Shown piece by piece: positions 26,587 to 64,000 of a stretch of 64,000 bases of DNA. Made by a program: the position numbers and the translations under genes. The notes beneath the pieces were generated by a model, which worked only from the letters and a program-made list of their open reading frames with translations, did not search any database and had not been told where the DNA came from. How positions within the stretch are numbered: position 1 is the first letter of the stretch; every line of letters begins with the position of its first letter. This stretch comes from Eledone cirrhosa (lineage: Eukaryota): positions 9,672,001 to 9,736,000 of the forward strand of contig OZ024765.1 in assembly GCA_964016885.1 (NCBI GenBank), read 5' to 3'.

Positions 26587-28055
26587 GTGGTCGTGTAGGT
26601 GTCACGACAAAAAGGCTCCCAGCCCACACTGTAAAGTGGTCGTGTAGGAGACACGACAAAAAGGCTCCCAGCCCACACTGTAAAGTGGTCGTGTAGGAGA
26701 CACGACAAAAAGGCTCCCAGCCCACACTGTAAAGTGGTCGTGTAGGTGTCACGACAAAAAGGCTCCCAGTCCACACTGTAAAGTGGTCGTGTAGGAGACA
26801 CGACAAAAAGGCTCCCAGCCCACACTGTAAAGTGGTCGTGTAGGAGACACGACAAAAAGGCTCCCAGCCCACACTGTAAAGTGGTCGTGTAGGTGTCACG
26901 ACAAAAAGGCTCCCAGTCCACTCTGTAAAGTGGTCATGTAGGTGTCACGACAAAAAGGCTCCCAGTCCACACTGTAAAGTGGTCGTGTAGGTGTCACGAC
27001 AAAAAGGCTCCCAGTCCACACTGTAAAGTGGTCGTGTAGGTGTCACGACAAAAAGGCTCCCAGTCCACACTGTAAAGTGGTCGTGTAGGTGTCACGACAA
27101 AAAGGCTCCCAGTCCACACTGTAAAGTGGTCGTGTAGGTGTCACGACAAAAAGGCTCCCAGTCCACACTGTAAAGTGGTCGTGTAGGTGTCACGACAAAA
27201 AGGCTCCCAGTCCACACTGTAAAGTGGTCGTGTAGGTGTCACGACAAAAAGGCTCCCAGTCCACACTGTAAAGTGGTCATGTAGGTGTCACGACAAAAAG
27301 GCTCCCAGTCCACACTGTAAAGTGGTCGTGTAGGTGTCACGACAAAAAGGCTCCCAGTCCACACTGTAAAGTGGTCGTGTAGGTGTCACGACAAAAAGGC
27401 TCCCAGTCCACTCTGTAAAGTGGTCATGTAGGTGTCACGACAAAAAGGCTCCCAGTCCACACTGTAAAGTGGTCGTGTAGGTGTCACGACAAAAAGGCTC
27501 CCAGCCCACACTGTAAAGTGGTCGTGTAGGTGTCACGACAAAAAGGCTCCCAGTCCACTCTGTAAAGTGGTCATGTAGGTGTCACGACAAAAAGGCTCCC
27601 AGTCCACACTGTAAAGTGGTCGTGTAGGTGTCACGACAAAAAGGCTCCCAGTCCACTCTGTAAAGTGGTCATGTAGGTGTCACGACAAAAAGGCTCCCAG
27701 TCCACACTGTAAAGTGGTCGTGTAGGTGTCACGACAAAAAGGCTCCCAGTCCACACTGTAAAGTGGTCGTGTAGGTGTCACGACAAAAAGGCTCCCAGTC
27801 CACACTGTAAAGTGGTCGTGTAGGTGTCACGACAAAAAGGCTCCCAGTCCACTCTGTAAAGTGGTCGTGTAGGTGTCACGACAAAAAGGCTCCCAGTCCA
27901 CACTGTAAAGTGGTCGTGTAGGTGTCACGACAAAAAGGCTCCCAGTCCACTCTGTAAAGTGGTCGTGTAGGTGTCACGACAAAAAGGCTCCCAGTCCACT
28001 CTGTAAAGTGGTCATGTAGGTGTCACGACAAAAAGGCTCCCAGTCCACTCTGTAA
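26587..28055 (+). repeat. 49-bp SINE-derived minisatellite, ~30 copies
   Basis: Unit with aaaaaggctcccagtccacactgtaaagtggtcgtgtaggtgtcacgac. Confidence 0.9.
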
Positions 28056-29394
28056 ATGTGGTTGGCACTAGGAAGGGCATCCAGCCATAGAAAACCAGCC
28101 GGAAACAGCCCTATGCGAGCAAGACATGGTCACCCAACCAATCTTGCCTCAAGTGGGACAAACCCATCTAACCCATGCTAGCGTGGAAGATAGACGTTAA
28201 ATGATGATGATGAATGTCCTTCTCAGGACATGGACAGTACCAGTCAGCACTATTTTCTGTATCTCTTGCAGAGATGGCTTTCCAGATCATCATCATCATC
28301 ATCATCATACGTCCGCTTTTCCCTGCTTGCAAGGGTGGGACGGGAACTGATTCTGGCTTGATTTCTACAGCTGGATGCCCTTCCTAACACCAACCTCATT
28401 TACAGTGAGTGCTGGGTGCTTTTTTGCCGTGGCACCTCCACGACCACTTTACAGTGGAATGATAGGGACCCCAGTCCCTATCATCTCATTTCTACAGCTG
28501 AGTAAACTGGAGCAATGTGAAATAAAGTCTCTTGCTCAAGGAAACAACACATCACCCGGTCTGAGAATTGAACTCACAACCTTTCGATTGCAAGGCCAAT
28601 GTTCTAACCACTAAGCCATGTGCCTCCATTAATATATCAGGTCCAAATATTTTCCACTTCCCCCCTTTTTTATCATTCCAACTGCACCGACTATCGCTGG
28701 TATTATACAGGCCTCAAGGTGCCTTATTTTCTCCATTTCAATTGTCAGATCTTTATATTTACTGAGCTTTCGGAACTCTACAGCTGGATGCCTTTCCTAA
28801 CGCCAACCACATTTACAGTGTGTGCTGGGTGCTTTTTACAGTGTCTTTTACACGACTACTTTACAGTGTGGAACAGATATATATAATTGTTTCTACTTTT
28901 GGCACAAGGCCAGCAAAATACCCAGTACATTACTGGTACTTTATTTTATCGACTCCATAAGGATGAAAGGCAAAGTTAACCTCGACGGGATTTGAACTCA
29001 GACCATAAAGGGACGTAACTATGCTAGAAAGCATGACGTCCAACCCTCTACCGATACTGCCAATTCACCGCCCTCACAGATATATATAATGCTTGACCAC
29101 CTGTGACCCGTTGGGTCACATTCACTTCAAAATAATTTTAAAATAATTAAAATATACACAGACATATATAATGTAAAGTGAAACTGGAAGGCTCATATAT
29201 ATACCTGTGTGTATATATATATATATAAATGTGTGTTTGTATACATACATATATATGTATGTGTGTGTATATATATATATATATATATGTGGGTGTCTGT
29301 GATCTATATACACTGGTCATAGACACATATATATACACAACACCACCAACTCTCTCTCTTCCATTCTCCTTCTCTGTCTCCTCTCCCCCTCTCT

Positions 29395-30095
<701 letters not shown>

Positions 30096-30099
30096 TCGA

Positions 30100-30273
30100 T
30101 TTACCCGAAACTTGTTTTATTCCATTTGTATTCCCATTTCAGGGTCAACTTCCTTTCAAAGTATTTTCCCATTATGCGCCATTTTGGCTGTATTACGTTA
30201 CAGACAAGCAAGCAAGCAAGCAATCACATACTTCTAGTAATATATAGATGTCACTCTCTTTATAGAAATTTCC
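30100..30273. promoter_or_regulatory. Candidate bidirectional promoter / minus-strand first exon
   Basis: Unique sequence between divergent genes; YY1-like CAAAATGGCG on minus at 30177-30186; minus donor GG|gtaaat at 30105/30104. Confidence 0.35.
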
Positions 30274-61986
<31,713 letters not shown>

Positions 61987-62075
61987 CAAAACAGTCAAGT
62001 GTATGGTTAGGTAAGAGAGTGTGGGTGTATGTATGTATGTATGTATGTATGTATATATATATATATATGTATATG

Positions 62076-62127
<52 letters not shown>

Positions 62128-62177
62128 TACACACAAACACACACATATATATCCATATAAACTCACACACACATATT

Positions 62178-62211
<34 letters not shown>

Positions 62212-62236
62212 CATATGCATATATACATATATATAC

Positions 62237-62268
<32 letters not shown>

Positions 62269-62310
62269 TGTATATATATATATATACACTTATATATATA
62301 TATATACACT

Positions 62311-62352
<42 letters not shown>

Positions 62353-62367
62353 CATATATATATATAC

Positions 62368-62450
<83 letters not shown>

Positions 62451-62811
62451 CATATATATAGGTAGGTGATGTGGTTCAGTAGCTCTGTAGTAGATCTGTG
62501 GTTTACTAAGGACCAGTACCAGTACCAGTACCAGTACCAGCACTCTATGCTATAGCAGAGTGTATATATTAAGAAGAAAAAAACAATGTCTCACATTGAG
62601 GCTTAGCTATTAGCCTCAGTTACACATGCTTCACAGATGGGCGGCTCAAGAGATGAGATTTTGGTTTAGCCTGATTAACAAGTCTGACAAGCAGATTGAG
62701 GCTGGAGTTGTGTCTACAACACAAATATGGATCCTGAGCCACTCATCTGTGAAAGTTTCGTAACTGTGCTTTAATCAATAAAAACCTCAATGTGAAATCT
62801 CATTTTGTTCT

Positions 62812-63646
62812 TTAACCCTTTAGCATTTAAACCGGCCATATCCAGCCAGAATTCCCTCATTTCTTTCTGTTCAAACCGGCTGTAACTGGCTATTCATCCA
62901 ACATTAAGGTATTGTTCTCAAAATAAATGATATAAAAATCTCATAGATTCAATATTATGTAAGATAATTATGTGAGATAAAGCCTTAACTGTTAAAATAT
63001 AATAGTATATATAAAGTAATCATCATCATCATCACCGTTTTACGTCCGTTCTTCCACGCTAGCATGGGTTAGACCGGGTTGTCCTGTTGTGGGCAGTGTC
63101 TGGTCGGCTGACCATGCCTTGCTCATTCAGGAACTGATTTGGCTTGATTTCTACAGCTGGATGCCCTTCCTAACACCAACCTCATTTACAGTGAGTGCTG
63201 GGTGCTTTTTCGTGGCGCCTACACGTCCACTTTACAGTGTGGGCTGGGTGCTTTTTTGCCGTGGCACCTCCACGACCACCTTGCAGTGGGGGGTGTGGGG
63301 GCATATTGTCTATATGCTTCAGCTTGTACCCATGGGAGGTCGGGTACTCTGTATTACTGCATGATGCCAGAGGTCACGGTCGTGTGTCATTGCCTGTGAG
63401 AGGTGTAATTGGGTAAGTGAGTGGTAAAGGGTTAACCCTTTAGCATTTACATAACTTTATTTATACTATTATATTTTAACAGTTAAGGCTTTATCTTACA
63501 TAATATTCAATCTATGAGATTTTGATATCATTTATTTTGAGAACAATACCTTAACATCAGTATGAGTGGTCAATCACAGCCAGTTTGAACAGAGAGAGGT
63601 GAGAGAATTGTGACCGGATATGGCTGGTTTAAATGCTAAAGGGTTA
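62812..63646. mobile_element. piggyBac-like MITE(s) with TTAA-CCCTTTAGCATTTA termini, SINE nested at ~63020-63415
   Basis: ttaaccctttagcatttaaaccggcc at 62812; aaagggttaaccctttagc at ~63425; ggtttaaatgctaaagggtta at ~63640. Confidence 0.6.
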
Positions 63647-63673
63647 TATATATATATACACACACACACACAC

Positions 63674-63722
<49 letters not shown>

Positions 63723-64000
63723 CACACATTATATATATATCAAATTGGATGCAGTAAAAACCTGTTTGACCATTACTCACCAGAGTACTCGATACTTTGG
63801 GTAGTTGAGTATGGTAATATGAAAGGTCGGGACCCCGACGGCTGAGCTCTTGCCATTTCAACAGTCAGTTCCAGAGTTTGGAACTGACTGTGGAAACAGC
63901 AACAGTTAAGCCGACTCTTTCATATATATATATACAATATATTAACTAATGGAAACTATATTTCTAAAACCATATTTATTTTATTATACATATTTCAAGG

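Noticed and set aside
26587-28055. Regular 48/49-bp arrays resembling CRISPR
   Set aside because: No unique spacers or cas genes; eukaryotic context; units derive from a SINE

Overview
Repeat-dense animal genomic DNA. The (TA)n/(CAT)n microsatellites, tRNA-derived SINEs and RTE/CR1 LINE fragments suggest an octopod cephalopod (inference). Two spliced genes could be rebuilt by hand from GT-AG boundaries with consistent phases. (1) Minus strand, 20354->523: 5 coding exons giving a 291-aa secreted protein with signal peptide, C-type lectin domain, thrombospondin-1 repeat ([10 protein letters not shown]) and PAN/apple-like domain. (2) Plus strand, 30274->61986: a complete DPY19L3-type tryptophan C-mannosyltransferase with 16 shared exons and two paralogous alternative first coding exons (725 or 711 aa). 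The enzyme therefore sits head-to-head with a gene carrying its canonical WxxWxxWxxC substrate motif. The introns hold several minimal type I hammerhead ribozyme motifs of Penelope-like/retrozyme type, palindromes centred on hammerhead stem II, a ~480-bp-arm inverted repeat next to a splice acceptor, a duplicated decoy acceptor, a twin-primed LINE and many SINE-derived minisatellites. Almost all ORFs in the supplied track are repeat artefacts. All coordinates were read by eye and repeat boundaries are approximate.
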